DNA from: Chiloscyllium plagiosum
Taxonomy: Eukaryota
Direction of reading: 5' to 3'
Length of the DNA stretch: 64,000 nt
Assembly (NCBI RefSeq): GCF_004010195.1
Contig: NC_057754.1
Coordinates: forward strand, 2,541,498-2,605,497
This document shows positions 1 through 13,031 of this stretch, one piece after another. Numbering within the stretch: position 1 is the stretch's first letter; each line of letters begins with the position of its first letter. The translations under genes and the position numbers were made by a program. The notes beneath the pieces are model-generated. The model was not told the DNA's origin and searched no databases. It saw only the letters and a program-made list of their open reading frames with translations.

Positions 1-46
1 GCCAATCCACCCTAACCTGCACATCCCTGTGGCTAGAGTCTAATTA

Positions 47-2465
47 CCATACATACTCAAGTGATAGTCGACCTCATGTAAAAGTTGACCCTCTCTATTT
101 GGCCAAAAGTCTGGAACTTTCCATATATAGAGTCATAGAGATGTACAGCACGGAAACACACGCTTATGTCCAACCTGTCCATGCCGACCAGATATCCCGA
201 TCCAATCTAGTCCCACCTGCCAGCACCCGGCCCATATCCCTCCAAATCCTTCCTGTGTAAAGGTCTTTACAGATAACAGATCAACATTTGAGAGTCAAGG
301 TATTGTCCCGTACATAAATGTTACGATGAGGAGATGAATTTTTTTCTCGTGCTATTGTGATTTGGTGCACAATTCACGGCAATTCAGTTCGAAAGAGTCA
401 GGTGACAACCAACCCCATGGCATAGTCATGTACCTAGTTGAGGTTTTGAAATTTCTCCATCATTTTGTGTAAAAATGCCCTCCAGGGAAAAAAAAACAAC
501 GTATATCAGCGTTTAAACCGCAAGGTATTGAAGTTGCAGAGAGGACAAATATCTGTGGAGTGGTAAGAGAATTTTGTGTTTCGGAAAAAGATATCGAACC
601 AACCTCGGACAATGCTAACGCGCAAGTGCGCCAACAGAGGTAAACTAAGCAAGTGGCCACTATTGGAGAAAACAAGGGTTGCTGAGCGGGTACTAGAGAA
701 TGGGTCAAACCGCAAAATGTATGAGTGCTAATGTGTTAATCAGAATCCATGCATGAAACGAATCAGGGAAGGATGGAATTTCAGATTTTACAGGCAAATG
801 CTACATGGTACATAAGGTCCATCAGAAGGCATGACTTGGCACTTCAGCAGAGAACTAAGTTTGCTGAACGAGAAGACATTTCAGTGTCACCAGCTGGTGA
901 CCAGAATTCGGCAGAAGGAAGGCTACAAGTTACCACGCATTGGGAACACGGACAAATCACCTATTACTCTCGACATGTGGGAGAATTGAACTGCAAAGTA
1001 AAGAGGGGAAACAAACAGTATCGGTGAGAACCACTGGCCATGAGGAAAGTGGCTTTCCTTTTTTTTTAGAATAGATTCCCTACAGTGTGGAAACAGGCCC
1101 TTCGGCCCAACAAGTCCACACCGACCCTCCGAAGAGTAACCCACACAGACCTATTTCCCTCTAACTAATGCACCTAACACTATGGGACAATTTAGCCTGG
1201 TCAATTCACCGGGCCTGCACATCTTTGGATTGTGGGAGGAAACCGGAGCACCCGGAGGAAACTCACGCAGACACGGGGAGAACGTGCAAACTCCACACAG
1301 ACAGTCGCCCGAGGCCGGAATCGAACCTGGGTCCCTGGTGCTGTGAGGCAGGAGTGCTAACCACTGAGCCACCGTGCCGCTCCAATGTTATTTCTTGTAT
1401 GACTGATGGCACCAAGTTAAAACCGATGGCTGTTTTTGAGGGAAAAAAACTTCACCAAAGGAGAAATTTCCAAAAGGAATTGTTATCCATGTACTCCCGC
1501 AAGGCTGGATTGATGAAGGTGGATAAGGGAAGTTTGGAATTTACTGATGGGCTACACAAGGAAAAGAGTTTGCCTGTCTGGGACCAGTTTAGATCCCATC
1601 TAGTGACGAATGTTGTTGCTAACATTCAATCACAGGACACAGACATAGCTGTAATTCCCAGAGGATGTACCAGTGTTTTGCAACCAACAGATGTTGGTAA
1701 CAATAAGATAGATATTGGTATCTGGTATCAATAAGATAGATATTGGTATCAATAAGATAGATATTGGTATCAATCAGCCATTTAAGGATATGATGAGAAT
1801 GAAGTGGGATAGCTGGATGGGTGATACAGGAAAAAACAACATACACGTACGGAGGCTGTCACTGTCCCTGATGGGTGAATGCTTCATTGATTCATGGAAG
1901 GAAAATAAAAGCTGAAACTATTTTCAAATCGTTCAAGAAACGTGGAACTTCGAATGCATTAGACAGCACAGAGGACGATTATCTATGGGGTGACATAGAT
2001 GACGCAGCAGCAGCAGAAGTTGTGCTATCGCTGACTACAATTAGCGAGGATGAGGAGGGTCTGTATGATGATACCTTCACCCTGATGTGTATTAAGATTT
2101 ATTCGGTGCTGAAGATGCTGAACGTATGATTAAGCAGGATTTTAATGAACTTTTGCATTTGACATGTTTCCGACGTACTGGTAATTGTGATTTAAAGTTG
2201 TATTATATTTCCTGCTTGACATTTTGTAGGTAGAAATGAAAGCTTACTACTGGCAATTCATTTTTGTTTCTATTGTCTGTATCTGATAATTACCATAATT
2301 GGTTGCGTTTTCTTTCTTTCTTCGTTTAGAGACCAATCGGGGCTCTGCTAATGATACAGTATGAAGTTCAGCCCCACAAAACTAAAATCCATGAATAGTC
2401 AACCTCATAAATGTAACCTTAAAAAGTAGTCTAAAGAAATTTGACTATTACTCGAGCATATATGG
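47..2465 (+). mobile_element. Decayed pogo/Tc2-like (POGK-type) DNA transposon with terminal inverted repeats and TA target duplication
   Basis: Left end TA|CCATACATACTCAAGTGATAGTC matches the reverse complement of the right end (TA|CCATATATGCTCGAGTAATAGTC). Frameshifted transposase remnants: BrkDBD-like start near 476-600 and DDE_1 motifs KLKPMAVF, VWDQFRSHL and IPRGCTSVLQPTDVG...INQPFK. Interrupted by SINE/LINE pieces at about 130-255 and 1068-1381. Confidence 0.85.
1068..1381 (-). mobile_element. HE1-type V-SINE inserted in the pogo element
   Basis: tRNA-like head GCGGCACGGTGGCTCAGTGGTTAGCAC...GGTTCGATTCC and 3' tail GGGCCTGTTTCCACACTGTAGG on the minus strand. Confidence 0.85.
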
Positions 2466-3359
2466 TACTTGTAATAAACTAATTCCTTTTTAAGTACAGT
2501 AACCTGGTGTATGCTTTTTCTCAACCTGGGTCTGATAATTAGGTAAAATTGGAGAATATTGTGTACTTAAGAGTCAAACAGCACAGAAACAGACCCTTTA
2601 GTCCATGCCGAGCATATTCCCAAACTGAACTAGTCCCACCTGCCCCCTCCTGGCCCATATGCCTCCAAATGTTTCCTATTCGTCTACCCACTTTTAAATG
2701 TTACAAATCATACAACACCAGGTTATAGTCCAACAGGTGTAATTGGAAGCACTAGCTTACGGAGTGGTGCTCCCTCATCAGGTGCTTGTGTAACTGCACC
2801 CACAATCCACCACTTCCTCAGGAAGTTCATCCCACACACAAACCAACCTGTGTGTTTAAAATAAAAATTGCCTTCCCCACCTCAAACCACCCCCCCCCCC
2901 ATGTCTTTTCAAAATCTCTCTCCTCTCATCTTAAAAATGTGCCTCCTAGTCTTGAAATCCCCCATCCGAGGGAAAAGACACCGGCCACTCACCTTGTCTC
3001 TGCCCCTAATGATTTTATCAGCCTCTATGAAGGTCACCTCCTCCGATCCGGTGAGAAAAGTCCCACCCTATCCAGCCTCCCCTTAATTCAAGTCCTCTGA
3101 CTCCCAGCAGCGTTTTCAAAACCTGAATGTTTGTGACGCTTCCGGCTAAATTTCCAGCGTGCGGATGCAGTTAGGTGTGACAATGCATCCATAGAGTCTA
3201 CCACCATTTAGTAATGCTAGCTAGCCTTATCTCAAAGTCTGTATTTGTCCTGCATTAGTGATGGGGAAGTCAGGGAGCAGAACTCTGCATGACCTCCGGC
3301 CATTTGACTGGCAAAGTTTCCTACCTCAATAAACAGGGCGAGCAAGGGTACAGTTGTTC

Positions 3360-3365
3360 TTTATT
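3360..3365 (-). terminator. Polyadenylation signal of the ependymin-like gene
   Basis: AATAAA on the minus strand about 52 nt after the TGA. Confidence 0.65.
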
Positions 3366-3417
3366 TCAGATTGTCAGATTAATCTTACAATTGTACCGGA
3401 TCTGAGAACAAATATTC

Positions 3418-3496
3418 TCAATTGTTCAGTTTAAGGCACTTAGGAGGAGGGATAAATACATTGGGATCACTGATTCCTGTGGTTAAGTCATAGAAC
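3418..3496 (-). CDS. Ependymin-like protein, coding exon 6 (last)
   Basis: Acceptor tttctag|G. Encodes (M)FYDLTTGISDPNVFIPPPKCLKLNN*, the typical ependymin C-terminus F(F/Y)DxxxGIxDPxVFxPPxxC. Phase matches exon 5. Confidence 0.93.
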
Positions 3497-3677
3497 CTAG
3501 AAATTTAAATAAAAACAAAATGAGTACAGGCTTGTTCAGTGTTAAGAACAATGTCTAACCATAGGATTAATTGATATTTAGCAAGGTGTGTACAGGGTGG
3601 AGATTTTTCTTCTGAACTTTCAATTTGTAGAGTTACTTTGGGCTTGGTAAGGAGGCTGGATGACGGTTTGTTTATTA

Positions 3678-5101
3678 GAGTCATAGAATCCCTACAGTGT
3701 GGAAACAGGTCCTTCGGCCCAACAAGTTCACACTTACCCTCCGAGGAGTAACCCACCCAGACCCATTCCCCTGCAGTTATCCCTGACTAATGCGCACACC
3801 CGACACATTCCTGAACACTGTGGGACAATTTAGCACGGGCCAATCCACCCTAACCTACACATCCCTGGGCACTATGGGACAATTTAGCACGGCCAATCCA
3901 CCCTAACCTACACATCCCTGGGCACTATGGGACAATTTAGCATGGCCAATCCACCCTAACCTGCACATCCCTGGGCACTATGGGACAATTTCCCACGGCC
4001 AATCCACCCTAACCTGCACATCCCTGGGCACTATGGGACAATTTCCCATGGCCAATCCACCCCAACCAGCACATCCCTGGGCACTATGGGACAATTTAGC
4101 ATGGCCAATCCACCCCAACCAGCACATCCCTGGGCACTATGGGACAATTTAGCATGGCCAATCCACCCTAACCTGCACATCCCTGGGCACTATGGGACAA
4201 TTTAGCATGGCCAATCCACCCTAACCTGCACATCCCTGGGCACTATGGGACAATTTAGCATGGCCAATCCACCCTAACCTGCACATCCCTGGGCACTATG
4301 GGACAATTTAGCATGGCCAATCCACCCTAAACTGCACATCTTTGGACTGTGAGAGGAAACCGGAGCACCTGGAGGACTCCCACGCAGGGAGAAAGCACAA
4401 TATCCACCCGGGCAGTAATAGAGTCATAGAGTCATAGAGATGTACAGCATGGAAACAGACCCTTCGGTCCAACTCGTCCATATCCTAACCTAATCTAGTT
4501 TCACTTAGAGTCATAGAGATGTACAGCATGGAAACAGACCCTTCGGTCCAACTCATCTATGCTGACCAGATATTCCAACCTAATCTAGTCCCTTTTGTTA
4601 GCACTTGGTCCATTTCTCTCTTAACCCTTCCGATTTATGTCCCCATCCAGATGGCCTGAAAATGTTGCAATTGTACATTTCCCACGGCCAATCCACCCTA
4701 ACCTGCACATCCCTGGGCACTATGGGACAATTTCCCACGGCCAATCCACCCTAACCTACACATCCCTGGGCACTATGGGACAATTTAGCACGGCCAATCC
4801 ACCCTAACCTGCACATCCCTGGGCACTGTGGGACAATTTCCCACGGCCAATCCACCCTAACCTGCACATCCCTGGGCACTATGGGACAATTTAGCACGGC
4901 CAATCCACCCTAACCTACACATCCCTGGGCACTATGGGACAATTTAGCACAGCCAATCCACCCTAACCTGCACATCCCTGGGCACTGTGGGACAATTTAG
5001 CACGGCCAATCCACCCTAACCTGCACATCTTTGGATCGCGGGATGAAACTAGAGCACCTGGAGGAAACCCACAGGGAGAATGTGCAAACTCCACACAGAC
5101 A
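3678..5101 (-). repeat. HE1-type SINEs with an internal 53-bp tandem expansion (about 10 copies at 3805-4340, about 6.5 copies at 4678-5030)
   Basis: Unit CACATCCCTGGGCACTATGGGACAATTTAGCA(C/T)GGCCAATCCACCCTAACCTG, period 53 (for example 3941 to 3994). It lies between SINE tail and SINE body sequence. Confidence 0.9.
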
Positions 5102-6179
5102 CTTCAAGTCCACGTGGAGATTGGGGAAGGGGGTAGGGATTAGCACTTCAGTGCATGAAAGAAAAAAAGGTAGAGAGGACCAAAACTAGGTTGTCTCCAA
5201 GCAACAGAGGCGCAGTGACGCAGTCAGAATAATTCAAAGTGGGGTATGTGAGAGAGCGTAGGCTAATACAGTATGTCTGCCTCTCTGACAAGAAACCAGG
5301 CAAAACCTGTTGGAAACAGAGTTCACAGGAACCCACACGTGGTACTGAAGTTTGGTTTGCAGTTTGTCTTGGGGAGAGGTACCAGCCGAAGGAATATAGC
5401 TCCGAGTGAATGCACATGAATTTGCCAAAAGGAAGCCTGTTCCAGTGGAGCCAGCCTCAGCAGTAAACCTTAGCGTGTGAATAGCAGCGACTCTTCACTG
5501 ACGTTTGGGTTTTGCTCAGGGCCTTGCCGGGATTAAAATAGTGAATCTTCCTGAAAGCAAAAGGCATCTTCATCAACGCATTTCATCCTGCACTGATCGG
5601 GACAATTTGCAAGAATTCCAATAGAAGGGAAAACCAACGTGTTGTCCTGTATGAAAGAAGAATGCTAATGGGTTGCCAGGTGGGCTCTAATTGGTCGTGA
5701 CAGTGCCATGCAGCAGGGGATGATGATTGACAGTTAACTGACAGATTTGTTCAGATTGGATGGTTCCCCCCTTTGTTGGTATTCTTGCAAATTGTCACTG
5801 CTCATCCCTAATCACTCCCCACTACAAGGTGATAGTGAGCTGCCTTCTTGAACTGCTGCAGTCCTGCAGGGGCACCCACAGTGCTGTGAGGGAGGGAGTG
5901 CCAGCATTTTGACCCAGTGACAGGGAAGGTACAAGTGATCTAGTTCCCAAGTCAGGATGGCGTGCAGCTCAGTGGGAAATGGTACCTGCTGCCCTTGTCC
6001 ATTGGGGGGGTAGAGGGTGTCGGTTTGAAAGGTGCTGTCCAAGGAGTGTGCTGTGGTCCACTGTGGATGGTACACACTGCTGTGACTGTGTCAGTGGTGA
6101 AGGAAGTGAATGAAGGTGGTCCATGGGGTGTCAACCAAGTGGGCTGGTTTGTCCTTGGTTGTAAGGACTAGAAGGTGAT

Positions 6180-6830
6180 GTACAGAGGTAAGGAGGGATG
6201 TCAGAGCTAGAGGAGGTCAGAGAGATAAGGAGAGGTGTGTAGTGGCCGGAGTTTGTATAGAGGTAGGGAGCGATGTCAGGACTGGAGGAGGTGACACAGA
6301 GACAGGAAGGGATGTCAGGGCTGGAGAAAGTGACAGAGAGATTGGAGGGGTGTCGGGACTTGAGGAGGTGACAGAGAAGGGGAGGGGTGTGTAAATGCTC
6401 AAGGATGTTACAGAGATAGGGAGGGGTGTATTGGGGCTGGAGAAGGTTAAGAGATAGGGCGGGGTGTACAAGGACTGGAAGGGGGTTTACAGAGATAGGC
6501 AGNNNNNNNNNNNNNNNNNNNNNNNNNNNNNNNNNNNNNNNNNNNNNNNNNNNNNNNNNNNNNNNNNNNNNNNNNNNNNNNNNNNNNNNNNNNNNNNNNN
6601 NNNNNNNNNNNNNNNNNNNNNNNNNNNNNNNNNNNNNNNNNNNNNNNNNNNNNNNNNNNNNNNNNNNNNNNNNNNNNNNNNNNNNNNNNNNNNATAGGGA
6701 GGGGGTGTAGGGGCTGGAGGGGGTTACAGAGATAGGGAGGGGTGTAGGGGCTGGATGGGGTTACAGAGATAGGGAGGGCTAGTGAGGTTGGAGGAGGTGA
6801 CAGAGATTGGAAGGGGGTGTAGGGGCTGTC
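6180..6830. repeat. About 37-39-bp G-rich minisatellite spanning an assembly gap (N 6503-6693)
   Basis: Repeats of GGGGTGTAGGGGCTGGAGGGGGTTACAGAGATAGGGA on both sides of the N run. Confidence 0.85.
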
Positions 6831-7949
6831 ACACATTATGGAGGAACACTGACTTACTCAGAAGCAACAGCCTTCACTATCTCCCCGAGTTGTGCACTCA
6901 GGACTTGCAGCGCGGACCTGTGGCCTCTGTTGTACAAGTGAGGTCCATGGAGGGAAATCAGGTTGGGGGATCATTTATCATACATCTCCCTCAGCTCCTC
7001 TCCTGTTGATTTTAGACCCAGTGCCCCCCTACAACACAAGGGAATGAGAACAAGGGATATTCCTCTCCATCTGTGGTGAGTCGAGGCTGCGTTTTGAATG
7101 ATCTCCTGTGTTCTCAGGGTCTGTGTATTGCACAAGACAGCTGTTTGAGAATGGAAGGCTCCAGGCCCCATCCCCATTTGCAGGGACCAGTGTGTGTCCC
7201 TGAGCAGGGAATCTCACTGCAGCACACCTTCCCAGCCCAGAAATGGTACCCATGCTCCCTCTGGTGACGCAGGTAGGTCATAACAGCAGCCAGTGCCAGA
7301 CATGGGAAAGCAGTGGCTCAAGGTCAGAAAGGTCGAGTCTCCCTCCTGACCCTCAAGCTGACTCGTGTGGTGCTGCTGCTGGAGTGCTGCACTGTCACAG
7401 GCACCTTGAGACAGACTCCCAGGTAGATGGGAGAAGCTCCTCAGTACTGGTGCTGTGGGGGTGGGCTTGTGGGTTGCCCTCAGTTTGACTGTCTGGATGG
7501 CAGTTTGCACATTCTCCATGTGTCCACGTGGGTTTCCTCTCATCGTCCATAGTTGTGCAGGTTAAGGTAGATTGGCCATGCTAAGCGTCCAGGGACGTGC
7601 AGGTTGTGGGTGTGGGGTGGGGGTTTAGCCATGGTAAACGCAGGGTTACAGGGATGGGGGAAATGGTATGCTCATTGGAGGGTCATTGCAAATTCAATAG
7701 GCCGACTGCAGAGATTCCCTACAAGTCCTGATGAAGGGTCCCGAACCAAAATGTCGACTTTCCTGCTCCTCCAATGCTGTGCCCTTCCTGCTCCACATTT
7801 TATCGTCTTCTCTACAAGTCCAAATGTTTTGTGCTCGGAGTGGTTCCATGGGGGTTGGTGTGTGCAGGAAGGTCATGCCTGTCCCTTTGTTTAAGGGACC
7901 AAATATGTGAGGGATAGGCCGTATAATTATCGATCACTCGGTCTGACCT

Positions 7950-8905
7950 CAGTAGCGGGCAAATTACTTTTCAAAAAAATCAATTGAGAGAAACAGTCAC
8001 TTAGAAAGGCATTGATTAATCCAGGATAGTCAGCATTGTTTGGCTAAGGGAAGGTTGTATCATGCTACTTTAATTTGCTGAGGATGTAACACGGGGGATT
8101 GGGGAGGGTAGTGCAGTGAATGCGGGTTTGAATCAGCTCCCTTCAGACAAGGCCCCAAGTGGCAGACAAGGGGAATGGGACGAGATGGATCCAAAGTAAC
8201 TCGGCATCAGGAAATGAAGGATAAAGGATGATGGATGAAAGTGGTTTCTAGTGGTGTTCCACAGGGGCTCACAGAGTTGGGTCCCCATGCTGTCTGCTCA
8301 AAGTATTAATGATTTAGGCTTAAATGTGGGAGGCACAATTAGGAAATATGCAGATTGTCCGGGTCGAGAGTGTGGTGCTGACTGATAACAAAGAGGATGG
8401 GTGTCGATTGCAGGAAGATGGTTTGATTGCGTTGGTGGTGGTGGGGTGTGTGTGACAAATCTGAAAGTTCTGGGTTGGGGAAGAAAAAACAGAGCAAAGG
8501 AAACTCAGCAAGCAAGGAGGGTATTGACAGGGTAGAGGAGGGGAGACACCTTGGACATTACACCCACAAGTCCCTGAAGGTGGAACGTTGTGGAGATAAG
8601 GAATTAAAGAAAGTATTTGGGATGCCTTCTGTCACTGGTTCTGAATGCAAGGGTAGGGATGCAATGCTGGTGCTGTACCAGACACTAGTAAGGCCACAGC
8701 TAGAGGTTTCTGTACAGTTCTGGTCCCCACATTACAGGACGTACAGGGGAAATTTACAAGAATGTTTGCAGGGTTTGTAAAGTGCAGCGATGCAGAAAGA
8801 TTGGATAGTTTAGGGTTGTTTCCTCTTAGAACAGAGGAGGCTGAAGGCTGGCTTAATCAAGCTGTACAAAATAATGAGGGGATTGGGGAGAGCGGACAGA
8901 TCTGT
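7950..8905 (+). mobile_element. Decayed CR1-type LINE RT fragment
   Basis: Remnants such as LYQTLVRPQLEVSVQFWSPHY and ERLDSLGLFPL. Confidence 0.8.
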
Positions 8906-8912
8906 TCCTTTA

Positions 8913-9125
8913 GTGTCGGGAGTGTGGTGCTGGAAAAGCATACGAGGTCAGGCAGCAACTGAGGTGCAGGAGAGTCCACGTTTCTGCCAAAAGCCATTCC
9001 TGATGAAGGGCTTTTGCCAGAAACGTTGACTCTCCTGCTCCTCGGATGCTGCCTGACCTGCTGTGCTTTTCCAGCACCACACTCTCGACTCTGAGCTCCA
9101 GCATCTGCGGTCGTCCTCACTTCTG
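8913..9125. mobile_element. Penelope-derived palindromic short element with a hammerhead-like core
   Basis: Inverted arms GTGTGGTGCTGGAAAAGCA...GCTTTTCCAGCACCACAC around CTGATGAAGGGCTTTTGCCAGAAACGT. Confidence 0.75.
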
Positions 9126-9788
9126 TCTATTCCTCGTGGTCAACTTCCAAAGGGGTACAGATTTAAGGTTACTCGCAGAAGGATTAGAGGGGACGAAAGG
9201 GATAATCTTTTCACCCAGAGACTGGTGGGTGTCTGAAATTCTCTGTCCAGTTCAGTGTTTGCGACAGGAAACCCCTTCACTCATTTAAAATGAAGCTGGG
9301 TCTGCTCCTGAAGAGCTGGAACCTGCAGGGTTACAGACCCCCGGCTGCTGCTCAATGGGATTTGAGCAGGCGGCTAGTTTCCTCGGCACAGACACGAGGG
9401 GCTGAATGGCCTCTTTCTGCGCTGTAACTTTTCAGTGGTTGTAGAGTGCCGTGTTTGCATTTGAAGGGCAGCAGTGGTTCTGGTATCTCTGGGCTGAGGG
9501 AGCTGGGGACGGGTGAGGGGAGGGAAACAGAGCTAACTCCACACATTTACCCCCCCACCCTTCTCCCCCCCAGCTGATATCTCAGTGTGTTCATGTGCTG
9601 CTGTGGGAGGAGAGAGCCAGGTTCAGTGGCCATAGTTTGGCCTACCCAGTCACCAACCCCAGGACATTTCGCCATGCAGCCCAGCGAGTGACAGGCGTGG
9701 GAACAGAGAGGATTGGAGGGGGTGAGATGCTGGGGGAGGGAATGAATGAATAAAAGGACAAAGGCAGAGAGAACGTCAAGCTACTCAC

Positions 9789-9876
9789 ATCTCAGTGACC
9801 CAGCCAGTCTCCTTGGTGTAAATGACCTCAGATACGGGCAGACAGCCGACCTCCGTGAACGTCGCCATGTAGTGCA
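9789..9876 (-). CDS. Ependymin-like protein, coding exon 5
   Basis: cccag|TG...AT|gtgagt, 88 bp. Encodes VHYMATFTEVGCLPVSEVIYTKETGWVTE, with the ependymin TxxxCxPV motif. Confidence 0.93.
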
Positions 9877-10499
9877 CTGGGTGGGGGAGAAAAAACACAC
9901 ATTGGTAAAGACAGGGTTATGTCAACTGCCCAGTTCTGAAAAAGGTTCACCTGACGCAAAACATTAACTCTGGTTTCTCTCCACAGATGCTGCCAGACCT
10001 GCTGAGCTTCTCCAGAAATATCTGTTTTTGTCTCCATTTGGACAGAGGTTGACTGATTTGATTGCATCACGTGCAGACTGTTCCATCATGGAGGGTGGGG
10101 GGGGGAAGCATGAGAAGAATCGCTTGAATTTATAACTACATGGGGGTCAGTGGAGTTACCATTTCAGAAAGCCCAGGGGAGGTGGTGGACCGCATTGCAT
10201 CGAGAGTCTACCAACACACACAGTTCGTGACCTGTTGAACTCCGTGAGGTGGGTTCTTGTAGGCTGCACCATGGGGTCGGGGCTGGCCAGCTGAATTGGC
10301 TGGACAGCTGGTTGGAATGATGCCAACACCATGGGTTCAATTCCCACACTGGCTGAGGTTACCATGATGGGCTCTTCTCAACCTTTCCCCTCATCTGAAA
10401 TGTGGTGACCTCACGCTAATCCACCACCAACCATCTCTTACTAATGAGAGAGCAGGCCTTTGCTCTGATAACACTTTAGTGACTTGACCCACAAAGTGC

Positions 10500-12950
10500 C
10501 ACTAGGTACATGCCTTCCCGGATGAAGAGTTGTACTATGCAGGCACTAGCTCCCATGTTGGTTTGTAGCTTTTAATTTGTCGTCTTCTGAAATTGACCTT
10601 TTGCTTGGTTAGCTCTGTACTTTGCCGATGGGTTTCTATTCATGCACCTTTGTACCAGCTTGAGGGTCACCTGTGGTTTGTTTTGGGTCTGGCTCAGGCT
10701 TTGGAATCAGATTTCCTCACCAGGAGAGCCCGCTGTCCCTTGGTGCCACCTGCATATCAGAAAAGCTTGGGGCACGTTTGGGTAGGTGGGACAGACCACA
10801 ACGTTAACAGATGCTGGTGGTTTGGTGCACTTGCTGACTGTTGTAATAATTTTGGCTGCAATGCTGGTTGGTTTGCCACCTTGACTTGACACTTGGATTC
10901 ATCCTCAAGCAATTCAATGTTCTGGCCCTTGCACGTGCCCACAAGGTCCTTCCTAAAGGAGTGAAACAGATGTAGAGATGGTGACCAGTTCGAGGAACCT
11001 CTCAAGACAGTTCCTCTTTGGGAAGGTCATAATCACCCTTGGCTGTGGAACTGACCAATGGGCTCCTGGGGTTGGTGTCTACTAATCCTAAAGATCATTC
11101 TTCTCTCGAGTTGGGCTTCAAGCGCAACTCCAATCTTTTCTGGATCACCTACCACTCGATCTGTAATATCGATCTGCCTGTTGTTCGAACAGTTATAATT
11201 CAGTGAAGATTCATGTTTTCACTGGACACCCGCTCCAGGTTTTAAGCGGATTTTCTTCTGGAGGAGCTTTGGAACTATACTTTTCGGATCATTTGGCCGT
11301 CTTTTATTTTTAAAGAGTCTCAAGCCTCTTATATTGAGAGGGCAAGCAAACGCTTCGATGAAGAGCTAACAGTTCTGACGAAGAGTCATCTAGACTTGGC
11401 ACGCTACCTTGCTTCGTCTCCATGGATGCTGCCTGACCGGCTGTGATCTCCAGCTTTTTTTATTTTCAGCACAGATTCCAGCATCTGCTGTAATTTGCTC
11501 TGCCAGCCTCTTATGCTTGTTCCTTTTAAAGAGAGAAAGAGTACCATCTGTGCTTCAGTACAGGTTGGTAACTCTTTGGTTCAGCTAAATGGACAATTAG
11601 AGTGGAGCTGGAAAAGCACAGCAGGTCAGGCAGCATCCGAGGAGCTGGAAAATCGACATTTTGGGCAAAAGCCCTTCACCAGGTATCCTGATGAAGAGCT
11701 TTTGCCCGAAACGTCGATCTTCCTGCTCCTCGGTTGCTGCCTGACCTGCTGTGCTTTTCCAGCACCACTCTAATCTTGACTCTGATCTCCCCCAGCATCT
11801 GCAGTCTTCACTTTCGGCTGAATGGATAATTAGCTTTTTAAGTAAGGCACTCCTAGAAATTTCTTCTATTTTGAAATAACAGTCTAATGTTTGAAAACAT
11901 GTTGTCTTGATGATTAGTGTCCTGTCTACAAATCTGTACAGATGACTGTCCTCTCAAAAACCGATACTGAAGAGCGACAAATAGTTGCAGTGTCTGAATT
12001 CCCTATTGTCCAAGGTTGTTGTCTGGTTGCCCTTCAATTAGTTTTCCAAATATCTAACAGCAAAATTGCGGAGGCTTCTGAAGACAACCATGTTAACCTC
12101 AGGGACAGCTAGTCTCCAAAAGGGTACTTTATCTGATGTGGTAAGGTTCATGTTAACATCATAAGAAACTGGGCATTGATAGGGTGTCATTGAGAAATAG
12201 ACATTTAGAACAACTGATTCCTGATGAAGGGCATTTGCCCAAAACATCGATTTCCCTGCTCCTTGGATGCTGCCTGACCTGCTGTGCTTTTCCAGAACCA
12301 CTCTAATCTTGACTCTAATCTCAGTACCCACTTCTACCTATTAGATGTAGACACTACATTCTTCATGTGCAGTTAAGGTTACAAAGAGCAACATGCTTTC
12401 AGCAGCATGTCATGCCTCAAGGGATCCTGGGATAAGAAAGAGTATGAGATCTCTGCACCCTCAGTTATGGTACACTGACAATATCATCGGCATATCTCTT
12501 TAAGGTAGACTGACCTGTTGATCATGAGACATAACATCAGATCTTTCAAGAAAGATTGTAAATGTCTGTACACAAAGGACAGGTCCTTAGCAATCTTGGA
12601 AAATAAAAAAGGGCAGTTGATGTTGAGTCAATCATAGATGTCAAGGCCAGGATGACAGGGCAGCCATTGTTTCATGGAATGGTGGAAGGTGATGAAGGGG
12701 CTAAATGATCTCCTCCTTTTCAGAGGATCCTTTGGCATGCAGACCAGAGGAGGTTCAAACCTGGTTGTCAGGCCAACAGGATGGTATCCTTCAACATTCT
12801 GACAGGGGATGAGGGGGAAGAAATGATCATTAAGGAGGATTTCACAGCTCTCACCTGGAATCTGATTGAAGGGGGAGGCCAGCACTTAACTGGCACACCG
12901 TGCTCTCCAAAGAAAGGGTCCCGTTCAGCTCGGGAGCTCAAGGGGCTTTC
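10500..12950 (-). mobile_element. Highly decayed non-LTR retrotransposon (non-CR1; RT plus C-terminal region), interrupted by Penelope-derived pieces
   Basis: Minus-strand remnants in RT order: frameshifted KQ-GCP-LS (12651-12673), LKRYADDIV (YADD at 12483-12494), then FACPLNIRGLRL, which resembles the LYxPxxxGGLGL motif (about 11321-11350). Confidence 0.5.
11600..11815. mobile_element. Penelope-derived palindromic short element with a hammerhead-like core
   Basis: About 85-bp inverted arms centred near 11685; core CTGATGA-AGAGCTTTTGCCC-GAAACGTC at 11688-11715. Confidence 0.8.
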
Positions 12951-13031
12951 TTGTAATGAGAGAGCGCGCGCGCGAGAGAGAGAGATAAGCAGGAAGGAGG
13001 AGGTTAAATAGGAATCCACCCACGCTCTTAC

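Noticed and set aside
3805-5030. CRISPR-like regular repeats
   Set aside because: Head-to-tail 53-bp units with no unique spacers, SINE-derived, in a vertebrate genome with no cas genes.
10156-10265. Possible exon with AG/GT ends inside the ependymin-like gene
   Set aside because: The translation is not ependymin-like, and exons 4 and 5 already join in frame without it.
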